From the NCBI GenBank assembly GCA_965222605.1, contig OZ244960.1, positions 5,289,329-5,321,328 of the forward strand: 32,000 nt of DNA, written 5' to 3'. The stretch comes from Candidatus Latescibacterota bacterium (GTDB taxonomy: Bacteria; Latescibacterota; UBA2968). The notes beneath the pieces were generated by a model. It ran no database searches and had not been told where the DNA came from. It worked only from the letters and a program-made list of their open reading frames with translations. Positions 7,820-16,666 of this stretch are shown here, in pieces (position 1 is the first letter of the stretch; each line of letters opens with the position of its first letter). Made by a program: the position numbers and the translations under genes.

Positions 7820-8299
7820 ATGACAGATTTTCGGCCTTCTGAGCCACCATTTTTTGTCCGGTTGATTGCAACCGGCTTTTTTTCTGGCTATTCGAGTTTT
7901 GCCCCGGGGACAGCCGGGTCGGGCGTGGCATTGGCAATTTATTGTCTGTTGCCGCCACTGAACTCATGGGTGTGGGGGCTGCTGCTGGTCGGGCTATTTT
8001 TTTTGGGAGTTTATACATCTCGGGCATGCGAAAAAGCCTGGGGTAAAGATCCCAAATATGTAGTGATTGACGAGTTTGTGGGTTTTTTTATTACGGTAAG
8101 TCTGCTTCCGCAGTCGGTGTTGACGGGCATTGTTGGCTTTGTCGTGTTTCGCATACTGGATATTATTAAGCCACCGCCCGCCCGACAGGTCGAGGCATTG
8201 CCCGATGGGTGGGGTATCGTGGCTGACGATGTGATTGCGGGAATTTATGGACATCTGATTCTGAGATTATGGCTGGCATTCGCACCTTTATCGCTTTAG
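7820..8299 (+). CDS. pgpA: Phosphatidylglycerophosphatase A
   Basis: GFFSGYSSFAPGTAGS...VVIDEFVGFF...DIIKPPPARQVEALPDGWGIVADDVIAGIY matches PgpA family motifs. Confidence 0.88.
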   Translation: MTDFRPSEPPFFVRLIATGFFSGYSSFAPGTAGSGVALAIYCLLPPLNSWVWGLLLVGLFFLGVYTSRACEKAWGKDPKYVVIDEFVGFFITVSLLPQSVLTGIVGFVVFRILDIIKPPPARQVEALPDGWGIVADDVIAGIYGHLILRLWLAFAPLSL

Positions 8300-8389
8300 A
8301 AATGCCCGTTGCTGTTAAACGGCAAGTCATTTCCTTGAGCCATTATCTTGCGGGAACGAGTATCCGGTTTCAGATCGCTAAATCGTTTC

Positions 8390-8418
8390 TTGACCTATAT
8401 ACAAATGTTCACTATACT
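8390..8418 (+). promoter_or_regulatory. Sigma-70-like promoter upstream of recA
   Basis: TTGACC (8390-8395), a 17-nt spacer, then TATACT (8413-8418). It lies about 75 nt upstream of the recA start. Confidence 0.5.
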
Positions 8419-8494
8419 GTGTTACACCTTGTGCGGTGCAGGAGACGAGAAGGGCTGCGCCGTGATCCCAAACCTTTTGTAAGGAGAGATGCAG

Positions 8495-9556
8495 ATGACC
8501 AAACGCAAAATTAAAGGTACGCAACAAACCGATGGCAAGCAGCAAGCAATTGAGAACGCAATTGCCCAAATCGAAAAACAATTTGGACAGGGGGCAATTA
8601 TGCGCCTGGGGGGCGAGGATGGCCAACCCCGTGTCGCAGAAGTTATTCCGACGGGTTCTTTGAGCCTGGATGTTGCACTGGGCGCTGGTGGTGTTCCCCA
8701 GGGAAGAGTGGTTGAAATATATGGCCCTGAAGGGTCGGGCAAGACGACCTTGATTTTGCACATCATTGCCGAGGCGCAAAAGCGCGGTGGAGCAGCGGCT
8801 TTTATCGATGCAGAACACGCATTGAATGTGGATTTGGCCGAACGCCTGGGCGTGGATATCGAAAATTTATTGATCGCCCAGCCCGATACGGGGGAAGAAG
8901 CACTCGAAATTACAGATACTCTCGTGCGTAGCGGTGCTTTTGGGGTCGTGGCTTTAGACTCTGTGGCTGCTCTGGTGCCGCGTGCCGAACTCGAAGGTGA
9001 TATGGGTGATTCCCACATGGGCTTGCACGCCCGTCTGATGTCTCAGGCTCTGCGCAAACTCATCGGATCAATCGGCCAGTCTAAAACCTGTGTGATCTTT
9101 GCCAATCAGATTCGCATGAAGATAGGCGTGATGTTTGGCAATCCCGAAACGACCACCGGTGGCCGTGCGCTTCCGTTTTACGCATCGGTGCGTATGGATA
9201 TTCGGCGCATTCGTTCTATTAAAGACGGGCAAGAGATCGTTGGCAATCGCGTTCGGATTCGCGTGGTGAAAAACAAGATGGCACCGCCTTTTAAGGAATG
9301 TGAAGTTGATCTGATGTTCGGAGAGGGCATTTCCAAAGAGGGCAGTCTGATCGATATGGCCGAATTGCACGGCATCATCAAGAAAAGTGGCACCTGGTTC
9401 TCTTATGGCGATGACCGGCTTGGACAGGGACGCGAAAATGTCAAGCACTACCTGAAAGAGAACGCGAGTTTGTCTGCAAAAATCGAACGCGAGGTGCGCG
9501 AGGCTGTGGGGCTTCCCGTCGATAAGGTATCTGAACTCGAAGAAGAACCTGTATAA
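8495..9556 (+). CDS. recA: Recombinase RecA
   Basis: Walker [20 protein letters not shown] and loop regions identify RecA unambiguously. ATG 8495 gives an 8-nt spacing to AAGGAG. ATG 8489 (ORF track) is too close to the RBS but possible. Confidence 0.95.
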   Translation: MTKRKIKGTQQTDGKQQAIENAIAQIEKQFGQGAIMRLGGEDGQPRVAEVIPTGSLSLDVALGAGGVPQGRVVEIYGPEGSGKTTLILHIIAEAQKRGGAAAFIDAEHALNVDLAERLGVDIENLLIAQPDTGEEALEITDTLVRSGAFGVVALDSVAALVPRAELEGDMGDSHMGLHARLMSQALRKLIGSIGQSKTCVIFANQIRMKIGVMFGNPETTTGGRALPFYASVRMDIRRIRSIKDGQEIVGNRVRIRVVKNKMAPPFKECEVDLMFGEGISKEGSLIDMAELHGIIKKSGTWFSYGDDRLGQGRENVKHYLKENASLSAKIEREVREAVGLPVDKVSELEEEPV

Positions 9557-9564
9557 TACGTTGT

Positions 9565-9593
9565 TGACATCTCAACTTTCTCTAATTTAATTC
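9565..9593 (+). promoter_or_regulatory. Possible sigma-70-like promoter for the repeat-protein gene
   Basis: TTGACA (9565-9570) is followed 14-18 nt later by an AT-rich TAATTTAATT tract offering several weak -10 hexamers. Confidence 0.3.
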
Positions 9594-9676
9594 ATAACTG
9601 ATGTTACGCATGCAGAAAAACTGGAAATAATTCCGCCTTTTTTCTTGTCCCATGCCTTCAGAGAAATGAGGGAAGG

Positions 9677-12628
9677 ATGTTGCAAAAATTTTTGCACAAA
9701 AAAATGCCGTTTATTGCTGCTTTTGCGTTGTTGCTATGCGTGGGTCAAGCCTCTGCTGTTTCCAATGCAAATAATGCTACGGCTACTGTTACGCAGTCTG
9801 CAGATCTCAACGGCGATGGGACGGTTGGCTTTGCGGATTTTTTGTTATTTGCGAGTCTGTTTGGGGCAAATCAAGGCGATGACAGGTATGATGTCCGGGC
9901 TGATTTGGACGGGGATGGTGCGATAGGTTTTGGCGATTTTCTGATTTTTGCCAATGCCTTTGGCACATCCGGCTCTGGTGGTGGCGGTGGCAGCCCTGAT
10001 CTCATTGTTATAGCACCTTCGGTGAGCGATACCACGCTGACGCCTGAGCAGATGTTCACGCTGAATGCGACGGTACGCAACCATGGGAGTGGACAAGCCG
10101 CTGAGACGACGCTGACGTATTACCATTCGACCGACGCGACGATCTCGACGGATGATACGGAGGTTGGCACGGATGCCATAGGCAGTCTCAATGCGGGCGG
10201 CACGAGTGACCAGTCGATTGACTTGAATGCGCCATCGAGTGCCGGCACGTACTATTACGGTGCCTGCGTAGCGAGCGTCAGTGGTGAGAGCAATACGGAT
10301 AACAATTGCTCAGATGGGATGCCTGTCACGGTCAGCGATGGCGGGGAAGGTGGTCAAGGGGGTGGTGAGACGTCCTTCGATCTGGATAACAACAGCAATC
10401 CGCAGGATATCATCTATGTCAACGACCGATTCTATGTGGTTGATCGGGAGGATGTAAGGGTCTATGGGTACGGGAGTGACGGTCAGCGAGATTCGGGTGG
10501 AGACTTCTATCTGGCTGGCAGTGATCCGAGGAGTATTACCTATGCCAACGACCGATTCTATGTGGTTGATGACGAGGATAATAAGGTCTATGCGTACACG
10601 AGTTCTGGGCAGCGAGATTCGGCAGCAGACTTCGATCTAGCTATAAATGATCCGAGAGGTATTACTTATGCCAACGACCGATTCTATGTGGCTGATGACG
10701 AGAATAATAAGGTCTATGGGTATGGGAGTGACGGTCAGCGAGATTCGGCAGCAGACTTCGATCTGGCTATAAGTGATCCGAGAGGTATTACTTATGCCAA
10801 CGACCGATTCTATGTGGTTAATGACGGGGATGATAAGGTCTATGGGTATGGGAGTGACGGTCAGCGAGATTCGGGTGCGGACTTCAATCTGGCTACTGGT
10901 GACCCCAGGGGTATCACCCATGCCAACAACCAATTCTATGTGGTTGATTTCTGGAATGATAAGGTCTATGGGTACGGGAGCGACGGGCGGCGTGATTCGG
11001 GTGCAGACTTCGGTCTGCATAGCAACAACACTCCGCAGGATATCACCTATGCCAACGACCTATTTTATGTGCTTGATGTGGATGATATAAAGGTCTATGG
11101 TTACGGGAGTAACGGGCGGCGTGATTCGGGTGCAGACTTCGATCTGGCTAACAGTGATCCGTTTGGTATCATCTATGCCAACAATCTATTTTATGTGCTT
11201 GATCCCTCGGATGTAAAGATCTATGGGTACATGAGTTCTGGTCTGCGTGATTCAACAGCAGACTTCAATCTGGCTGGCAACAACGATGATCCGTCGGGTA
11301 TCACCTATGCCAACAATCAATTCTATGTGATTGATACCTCAGATGAAAAGGTTTATGTGTACACGAGTTCTGGGCAGCGTGTTCCGACTGCAGACTTCAA
11401 TCTGGCTAATAGTTCTCCGTCGGGTATCATCTATGCCAACAACCTATTCTATGTGGTTGATTCTGCAGATGAAAAGGTCTATGTGTACACGAGTTCTGGG
11501 CAGCGTGTTGCGGCTGCAGACTTCGATCTGGCTATCAGTTCTCCGACGGGTGTCGCCTATGCCAACGACCAATTCTATGTGCTTGATGTGGAAGATGCAA
11601 AGGTCTATTGGTACACGAGTCCCGACCCAGATCCTGATCTAATTGTTATATCGCCTTCGGTGAGCAATAGCAGCCCGAATGCCGACGAGTCCTTCAGTTT
11701 GAGCGCTGCGGTTCGCAATCAGGGCGCGGGTTCTTCGGCTGCGACGTCCTTGCGCTACTACCTCTCGACCGATGATACGATCACAACGAGTGATACAGAG
11801 GCTGGCACGGGTGCCATAGGCAGTCTCAATGCGGGAGATACGAGTGACCAGTCAATTGACTTGAATGCGCCATCGAGTGTGGGGATATACTACTACGGCG
11901 CGTGTGTCCAAAGCGTCATTGGGGAGAGCGATACCGATAACAACTGCTCGAATGGGGTGCGTATCTCAACTGCAGACTTTGCTCTGGATAGCGACAACGT
12001 TGATCCGGAAGGTATCACCTATGCCAACAACCGATTCTATGTGCTTGATTCCAGGGATACAAAGGTTTATGCGTACACGAGTTCCGGTCAGCGCGATGCG
12101 GCAGCAGACTTCGATCTGGATAGCAACAACAGTGGTCCGGAAGGTATCGTCTATGCCAACAACCGATTCTATGTGGTTGATCGGGGAAATGTGTTTGATC
12201 GAGGGGATGAAAAGGTTTATGCGTACACGAGTTCCGGTCAGCGTGATGCGGCAGCAGACTTCAATCTGGATAGCGGTGCTCCGGCGAGTATTACCTATGC
12301 CAACGAGCGATTCTATGTGGCCGATTTTTCGAATGCAAAGGTTTATGGCTACACGAGTTCCGGTCAGCGCGATGCGGCAGCAGACTTCGACCTGGATAGC
12401 GACAACAGTGATCCGTTTGGTATCGTCTATGCCAACGAGCGATTCTATGTGGTTGATAACGAGGACGGTCAGGTTTATGCGTACACGAGTTCCGGTCAGC
12501 GTGATTCGGATGCAGACTTCAATGTGACGGGTAGTGATCCGTTTGGTATCATCTATGTGAACGACATATTCTATGTGGTTGATAGCGGGGATGAAAAGGT
12601 TTATGCGTACACGAGTTCTGGGCAATAA
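9677..12628 (+). CDS. Secreted multi-repeat protein: signal peptide, dockerin/EF-hand-like pair, 2 x [CARDB-like domain + NHL-like beta-propeller blades]
   Basis: The signal peptide is MLQKFLHKKMPFIAAFALLLCVGQASA. It is followed by two DxNGDG/DxDGDG Ca-loop segments (DLNGDGTVGFADFLLFASLFG, DLDGDGAIGFGDFLIFANAFG) and a Gly linker. The first CARDB-like module spans about 9995-10318 (PDLIV..PSVS...RN.G.G...YY.STD.TI...D...G...). Ten tandem blades follow, then a second CARDB-like module (about 11633-11955) and five more blades. Confidence 0.85.
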   Translation: MLQKFLHKKMPFIAAFALLLCVGQASAVSNANNATATVTQSADLNGDGTVGFADFLLFASLFGANQGDDRYDVRADLDGDGAIGFGDFLIFANAFGTSGSGGGGGSPDLIVIAPSVSDTTLTPEQMFTLNATVRNHGSGQAAETTLTYYHSTDATISTDDTEVGTDAIGSLNAGGTSDQSIDLNAPSSAGTYYYGACVASVSGESNTDNNCSDGMPVTVSDGGEGGQGGGETSFDLDNNSNPQDIIYVNDRFYVVDREDVRVYGYGSDGQRDSGGDFYLAGSDPRSITYANDRFYVVDDEDNKVYAYTSSGQRDSAADFDLAINDPRGITYANDRFYVADDENNKVYGYGSDGQRDSAADFDLAISDPRGITYANDRFYVVNDGDDKVYGYGSDGQRDSGADFNLATGDPRGITHANNQFYVVDFWNDKVYGYGSDGRRDSGADFGLHSNNTPQDITYANDLFYVLDVDDIKVYGYGSNGRRDSGADFDLANSDPFGIIYANNLFYVLDPSDVKIYGYMSSGLRDSTADFNLAGNNDDPSGITYANNQFYVIDTSDEKVYVYTSSGQRVPTADFNLANSSPSGIIYANNLFYVVDSADEKVYVYTSSGQRVAAADFDLAISSPTGVAYANDQFYVLDVEDAKVYWYTSPDPDPDLIVISPSVSNSSPNADESFSLSAAVRNQGAGSSAATSLRYYLSTDDTITTSDTEAGTGAIGSLNAGDTSDQSIDLNAPSSVGIYYYGACVQSVIGESDTDNNCSNGVRISTADFALDSDNVDPEGITYANNRFYVLDSRDTKVYAYTSSGQRDAAADFDLDSNNSGPEGIVYANNRFYVVDRGNVFDRGDEKVYAYTSSGQRDAAADFNLDSGAPASITYANERFYVADFSNAKVYGYTSSGQRDAAADFDLDSDNSDPFGIVYANERFYVVDNEDGQVYAYTSSGQRDSDADFNVTGSDPFGIIYVNDIFYVVDSGDEKVYAYTSSGQ
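10376..11620 (+). repeat. Coding tandem repeat block 1 (10 units, about 126-nt period)
   Basis: The consensus unit is DF(D/N)LA..DP.GITYAN(D/N).FYV(V/L)D..D.KVY(G/A)Y(G/T)S.GQRDS.A. Adjacent units share exact strings. For example, the 44-mer tgatccgagaggtattacttatgccaacgaccgattctatgtgg occurs at 10648 and 10774, and the 40-mer aaggtctatgggtatgggagtgacggtcagcgagattcgg at 10709 and 10835. Confidence 0.9.
11974..12625 (+). repeat. Coding tandem repeat block 2 (5 units of the same blade family)
   Basis: The units are DF.LDS.N..P.GI.YAN.RFYV.D....KVYAYTSSGQRDAAA. One unit carries an 8-aa insertion (RGNVFDRG). Confidence 0.9.
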
Positions 12629-12669
12629 CGCACGGGGAACATGAGAAAGAAATCGCATTTTAGGCTTTG

Positions 12670-12719
12670 ACAACAGAGTGGGTTTGCCTATTTTAATACC
12701 TGCTCTGTTGTTCTTTTTT
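12670..12719 (+). terminator. Rho-independent terminator after the repeat-protein gene
   Basis: The stem acaacagag (12670-12678) with ctctgttgt (12703-12711) is extendable by 5 more pairs (2 G-U). It is followed by tctttttt (12712-12719). Confidence 0.6.
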
Positions 12720-12733
12720 AGCGAGAAATTATC

Positions 12734-13255
12734 GTGAAATTAGAGTCTGCCACATCCACGCTGTTTGAGACTGATGAAGCCGCTGAAAAGGCCAAGGCGT
12801 ATGCCTTGCGCTTGCTGAGCAATCGGGCTTATACAAAAAAGGAGATTTGCGACAAACTCGCTGGACGAGGTTATGAGCAAGGTGCGATTGAACAGACTCT
12901 CTCGATGCTCAAGCGTCTCAATTTAATTGATGATGTGTTGTTTGCGCGTCAATTTGTCGAGCAACGGTTGCGATTGCGGCCTTCTGGCCGGGTGGCACTT
13001 GTGCGCGATCTTGTGCATCGGGGTGTTCCGACTGAGATAATCGATCGCGTTTTGGACGATGTTTTGGCAGATATTGACATTGAAGATGTCGCACTCGATT
13101 TGCTGATGAGCAGGGCAAATCGCTACCGGGGATTGTCTCGTGAGAAAGCTCTGGGAAGGATGTTCGGTTTTTTAGGGCGCAGGGGATTTGAGGTTTCGGT
13201 TGCGCGAGATGTCGCTCATGAAGTTTGGTCTAAAATAGAAAATGAAGAAGGTTAA
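12734..13255 (+). CDS. recX: Regulatory protein RecX
   Basis: AYALRLLSNRAYTKKEICDKLAGRGYEQGAIEQTLSMLKRLNLIDDVLFARQFV shows the three-helix repeat pattern of RecX. GTG start, with alaS 7 nt downstream. Confidence 0.85.
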   Translation: MKLESATSTLFETDEAAEKAKAYALRLLSNRAYTKKEICDKLAGRGYEQGAIEQTLSMLKRLNLIDDVLFARQFVEQRLRLRPSGRVALVRDLVHRGVPTEIIDRVLDDVLADIDIEDVALDLLMSRANRYRGLSREKALGRMFGFLGRRGFEVSVARDVAHEVWSKIENEEG

Positions 13256-13262
13256 ATAAAAG

Positions 13263-15878
13263 ATGAAGACTGCTGTACAAATTCGCGAAGAGTTTCAGGC
13301 ATTTTTTGAATCCAAAGGCCATACGCGGGTTCAAAGTGCGCCCTTAGTGCTGCAAGACGATCCCACATTGTTGTTTACCAATGCGGGTATGAATCAGTTT
13401 AAGGATGTGTTTTTAGGCACCGGACGTCGGCCTTATTCACGGGCGGTTGATACGCAGAAGTGTTTGCGGGTATCGGGCAAACACAACGACCTGGAAGAAG
13501 TGGGATTCAGCCCCAACCATCACACGTTTTTTGAGATGTTGGGCAACTGGTCTTTTGGCGACTACTTTAAAAAAGAAGCCATCGCATGGGCGTGGGAGTT
13601 GCTCACAGATGTGTGGCAACTGCCAAAAGATCGCATGTGGGCAACGGTGTTTGGCGGCGACGAGGCCGATGGTCTGGAGGCCGATGTGCAGGCCGAAAAT
13701 CTCTGGACGCGCGTGACGGATTTGTCCGCCAATCGCGTGCTGCGCCTGGGCAAAAAAGATAATTTCTGGGAGATGGGGAATACCGGTCCTTGTGGCCCGT
13801 GTTCCGAAATACACTTTTATCTCGGCGATGATCCATCAAAGCAGGATGCCGTGCCGGATTTAGACTCCGAGGATTATGTCGAAATCTGGAATCTGGTTTT
13901 TATTCAGTACAATCGCGATGCCGATGGCATATTGCTGCCTTTGCCAGATCAGCACGTGGATACAGGGATGGGATTTGAGCGGATTTGTTCAATTTTGCAG
14001 GGTGTACAAACCACTTATGATACGGATGTGTTTTTGCCAATTATTGGGGCGATCGGCGAGATTACCCGAAAACCCTATCACAAAGATCACTGGGTGCCCA
14101 TGCGCGTGATTGCCGATCATGTGCGTACACTCGCATTTGCAATCGCAGATGGGGCGCTGCCATCCAATGCAGGTCGAGGCTATGTTTTGCGGCGGATTTT
14201 GCGCCGTGCCGCGCGGTTTGGACGCACGCTGGGGATGCATGAGCCGTTTATTTTTCGACTCATAGAGACAGTAGTCCGCGAAATGAGTGTTGCATTTCCC
14301 GAAGTGGCAGAAAAACGCGATTATATTGCACGGGTGATTCGGTCTGAGGAAGAAGGATTTGGCAAAACACTCGATCGCGGGCTGGAAATTTTTGACGCAA
14401 TGCAGGCGAAAGGACATATTTCTGGGGCAGATGCTTTTCAGTTGTACGATACCTATGGTTTTCCCATTGATTTGACGCGGTTAATGGCAGCCGAAAAAGG
14501 TATCGAGGTGGATGAGGAGGGCTTTGAAGCGCAAATGGCGGCACAGCAGATGCGATCTCGTTTAGCAGCTTCTTTTACAGCAGGGGCCCCAACATTTAGT
14601 GCCGGACTATCTATAGAACATTCGGAATTTGTGGGATACGAAACACTTGCGTCCGATTCGCGCATTGTCGCCTGTCAACCTGCACTGGATGAGATGTTGG
14701 ATATTTATCTGGATATAACGCCATTTTATGCCGAGTCTGGCGGGCAGGTTGGAGATACGGGCGAACTTGTGGGAGCAGGCATGCGCTTTGAAGTAGCGAC
14801 TACGTTCAGGGAAGGAGAAGCAGTTGTTCATCGCGGTCGCCTGTGCGATGGGCAGGTCGAAGAATTGATTGATGCGGACGTGAAGGCGCGTGTCGATGCT
14901 GAAACCCGTTTGAATACGGCGCGCAATCACACAGCCACGCATCTGATGCATCGCGCTTTGCGGCAGGTATTGGGTGATCATGTACACCAGGCCGGTTCGC
15001 TGGTTGCCCCAGATCGATTGCGGTTTGATTTTACGCATTTTGAAGGTGTAACGCCCACGCAATTAGACGATGTTGTGGGAATCGTAAATGACGTGGTCAG
15101 GAGAGATTGGGCTGTCGATATTTCTTTTGATAAATTGGATCGCGCTGTGGAAATGGGTGCGATGATGTTGTTTAGCGAAAAATATGGCGATGTGGTGCGC
15201 ATGGTGCAGGTGGGGGATTTTAGCCTGGAGTTGTGCGGTGGTACGCATGTGCAAAGCACCGGGCAAATCGGGTTGTTTCAACTCACGCAAGAGACGGGTA
15301 CCGCAGCCGGCGTGCGGCGTATTGAGGCGGTCACCGGGCCGGGAGCAGAAGCCCTTGTGAGAGAACAAAAGAAAATTTTGGCCGATCTCGCGTCGCAACT
15401 GAGTGCGCCAACATCAGAATTGTCGGATAAGGTTGCGCACCTGATCGCGCACAATCGCGAACTCGAGCGCGAGTTGCAGAGCTTGCGACGAGAGCAGGCC
15501 GGTTCAGAGATGGATATGCTGGTGAGCAGTGCTCTAAATGTAAATGGGTTGCGCGTTGTGGCCGCCGAGGTCTCGCCGCCCGATATGGACGGGTTTCGCA
15601 CAATGGGCGACGGTTTGCGCGATGCCCTGGGCACAGGGGGCGTTGGCGTGATTGGTGCGAATTTAAATGGCAAGGCATCGCTTCTCGCGGTAGTGACAGA
15701 CGATCTGATCGATCGGGGTGTGGAGGCTGGCAATGTTGTCAAAGCCATCGCACAGATCGTGGGTGGCGGCGGTGGTGGTCGCCCCCATCTGGCGCAGGCC
15801 GGTGGCAAGTTCCCGGAAAAGATCGGAGAAGCTCTGGCGCGAGTGCCCGACATCATTCGGGCACAGGTGGAAGGGTAA
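13263..15878 (+). CDS. alaS: Alanine--tRNA ligase
   Basis: FTNAGMNQFK, HHTFFEMLGNWSFGDYFK, the editing-domain HTATHL and the C-terminal GGGGGRPHLAQAGG (DHHA1) are present over 871 aa. Confidence 0.96.
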   Translation: MKTAVQIREEFQAFFESKGHTRVQSAPLVLQDDPTLLFTNAGMNQFKDVFLGTGRRPYSRAVDTQKCLRVSGKHNDLEEVGFSPNHHTFFEMLGNWSFGDYFKKEAIAWAWELLTDVWQLPKDRMWATVFGGDEADGLEADVQAENLWTRVTDLSANRVLRLGKKDNFWEMGNTGPCGPCSEIHFYLGDDPSKQDAVPDLDSEDYVEIWNLVFIQYNRDADGILLPLPDQHVDTGMGFERICSILQGVQTTYDTDVFLPIIGAIGEITRKPYHKDHWVPMRVIADHVRTLAFAIADGALPSNAGRGYVLRRILRRAARFGRTLGMHEPFIFRLIETVVREMSVAFPEVAEKRDYIARVIRSEEEGFGKTLDRGLEIFDAMQAKGHISGADAFQLYDTYGFPIDLTRLMAAEKGIEVDEEGFEAQMAAQQMRSRLAASFTAGAPTFSAGLSIEHSEFVGYETLASDSRIVACQPALDEMLDIYLDITPFYAESGGQVGDTGELVGAGMRFEVATTFREGEAVVHRGRLCDGQVEELIDADVKARVDAETRLNTARNHTATHLMHRALRQVLGDHVHQAGSLVAPDRLRFDFTHFEGVTPTQLDDVVGIVNDVVRRDWAVDISFDKLDRAVEMGAMMLFSEKYGDVVRMVQVGDFSLELCGGTHVQSTGQIGLFQLTQETGTAAGVRRIEAVTGPGAEALVREQKKILADLASQLSAPTSELSDKVAHLIAHNRELERELQSLRREQAGSEMDMLVSSALNVNGLRVVAAEVSPPDMDGFRTMGDGLRDALGTGGVGVIGANLNGKASLLAVVTDDLIDRGVEAGNVVKAIAQIVGGGGGGRPHLAQAGGKFPEKIGEALARVPDIIRAQVEG

Positions 15879-15886
15879 GTGCCTCA

Positions 15887-16636
15887 ATGTCTATATTCGA
15901 ACAGTTGGTGGCTATTCGCAATCGCCGCGGGGCGGGGTTTTTGCCCTATCTGGATCCCGACAGGCTCGATAAAAAGGATCTGGGACGCACGGCCTCTCTT
16001 TGCGAAGCACAAGGGGCAGACGCCATTTTGATTGGCGGCAGTTTTTTGTTATCCACCAATTTTGATCGCATGGTGCGCGAGGTCAAAAGCGCTGTAGATA
16101 TTCCGGTGATTATATTTCCAGGCGATACCAACCAGATCTCAGCGGTTGCTGATGCGATTATGTTTTTGTCGCTTATCAGTGGACGCAATCCCGAATTGCT
16201 GATTGGGCAACACGTCAAGGCCGCACCAATTTTGAAAGCACACGGCTTAGAGGCTATTGCAACCGGCTACGCGCTCGTGGATACAGGACAGCTAACCACA
16301 GCCGAATACGTGAGCAACACGCGTCCCTTGCCGCGCGACAAACCCGAGATTGCTATGGCGCACGCTCTTGCTGCTGAGTATTTGGGTATGCAATGCGTGT
16401 ACCTGGATGCCGGTAGCGGGCCAGAGTTGATGGTACCCGAAGAAATAGTACAGGCGGTCTGTAGTTATGTGTCGATCCCAATAATTGTCGGCGGCGGCAT
16501 TCGCGCCCCCAAAGCTGCGGCAAAACGGGTCGCATTGGGCGCAGCTTTTGTGGTGGTTGGGAGTATTTTTGAAGAAACGGGCTGGGATGCCGCGCTGATT
16601 GGCGCGTTTGCTTCTGCCATTCACTGTCTCGACTGA
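15887..16636 (+). CDS. PcrB/GGGPS-family (hepta/geranylgeranyl)glyceryl phosphate synthase
   Basis: YLDPD...GADAILIGGS...PVIIFPGD...DAIMFLSLISGRNPELLIG...IIVGGGIR has the TIM-barrel prenyltransferase motifs of the GGGP synthase / PcrB family. It starts 8 nt after the alaS stop. Confidence 0.8.
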   Translation: MSIFEQLVAIRNRRGAGFLPYLDPDRLDKKDLGRTASLCEAQGADAILIGGSFLLSTNFDRMVREVKSAVDIPVIIFPGDTNQISAVADAIMFLSLISGRNPELLIGQHVKAAPILKAHGLEAIATGYALVDTGQLTTAEYVSNTRPLPRDKPEIAMAHALAAEYLGMQCVYLDAGSGPELMVPEEIVQAVCSYVSIPIIVGGGIRAPKAAAKRVALGAAFVVVGSIFEETGWDAALIGAFASAIHCLD

Positions 16637-16666
16637 GTCCATTTTTTGACAATTGGGGATGTCGTT

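Noticed and set aside
8330-8490. Search for a LexA/SOS box upstream of recA (GAAC-N4-GTTC, CTGT-N8-ACAG, GTTC-N7-GTTC types)
   Set aside because: Only partial half-sites are present (GAACgagtatccgGTTT; CTGTgttacaccTTGT; TGTTCactatacTGTG). None forms a convincing palindrome, so no SOS operator is called.
8269-8514. 81-aa ORF as an intact gene
   Set aside because: It overlaps the pgpA 3' end and the recA promoter, 5'-UTR and start. Only the first ~27 residues resemble any family (ThpR). It is treated as a possible relic in the findings, not as a CDS.
8422-9018. 198-aa minus-strand ORF antisense to recA. Similar long antisense ORFs lie at 15278-15856 (alaS), 19985-20644 (metK), 30709-31251 (P-loop ATPase), 29923-30525 (tetR), 23642-24307 (DUF4390-like) and 5363-5895 (dnaX).
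   Set aside because: Each lies opposite a gene with unambiguous family motifs. Their translations are Arg/Ser/Pro-rich low-complexity sequence typical of antisense frames, with no RBS or family resemblance.
10376-12625. Regularly spaced repeats that might suggest a CRISPR array
   Set aside because: The repeat units are contiguous, with no unique spacers. They have a 126-nt period, lie fully inside an ORF and are conserved at the protein level. No cas genes are present.
10637-12673. Alternate-frame and antisense ORFs inside the repeat-protein gene (10637-11020, 10773-11090, 11331-11642, 11865-12527, 11966-12673)
   Set aside because: They are a consequence of the 126-nt periodic repeat lacking stops in several frames. 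Their 'proteins' are themselves periodic echoes of the real frame. Only the 9677-12628 frame has a signal peptide, an RBS and domain-like content.
16646-16651. TTGACA hexamer downstream of the GGGPS-family gene as a promoter for the PfkB kinase gene
   Set aside because: No acceptable -10 hexamer lies 16-18 nt downstream, and the region instead forms the weak terminator hairpin.
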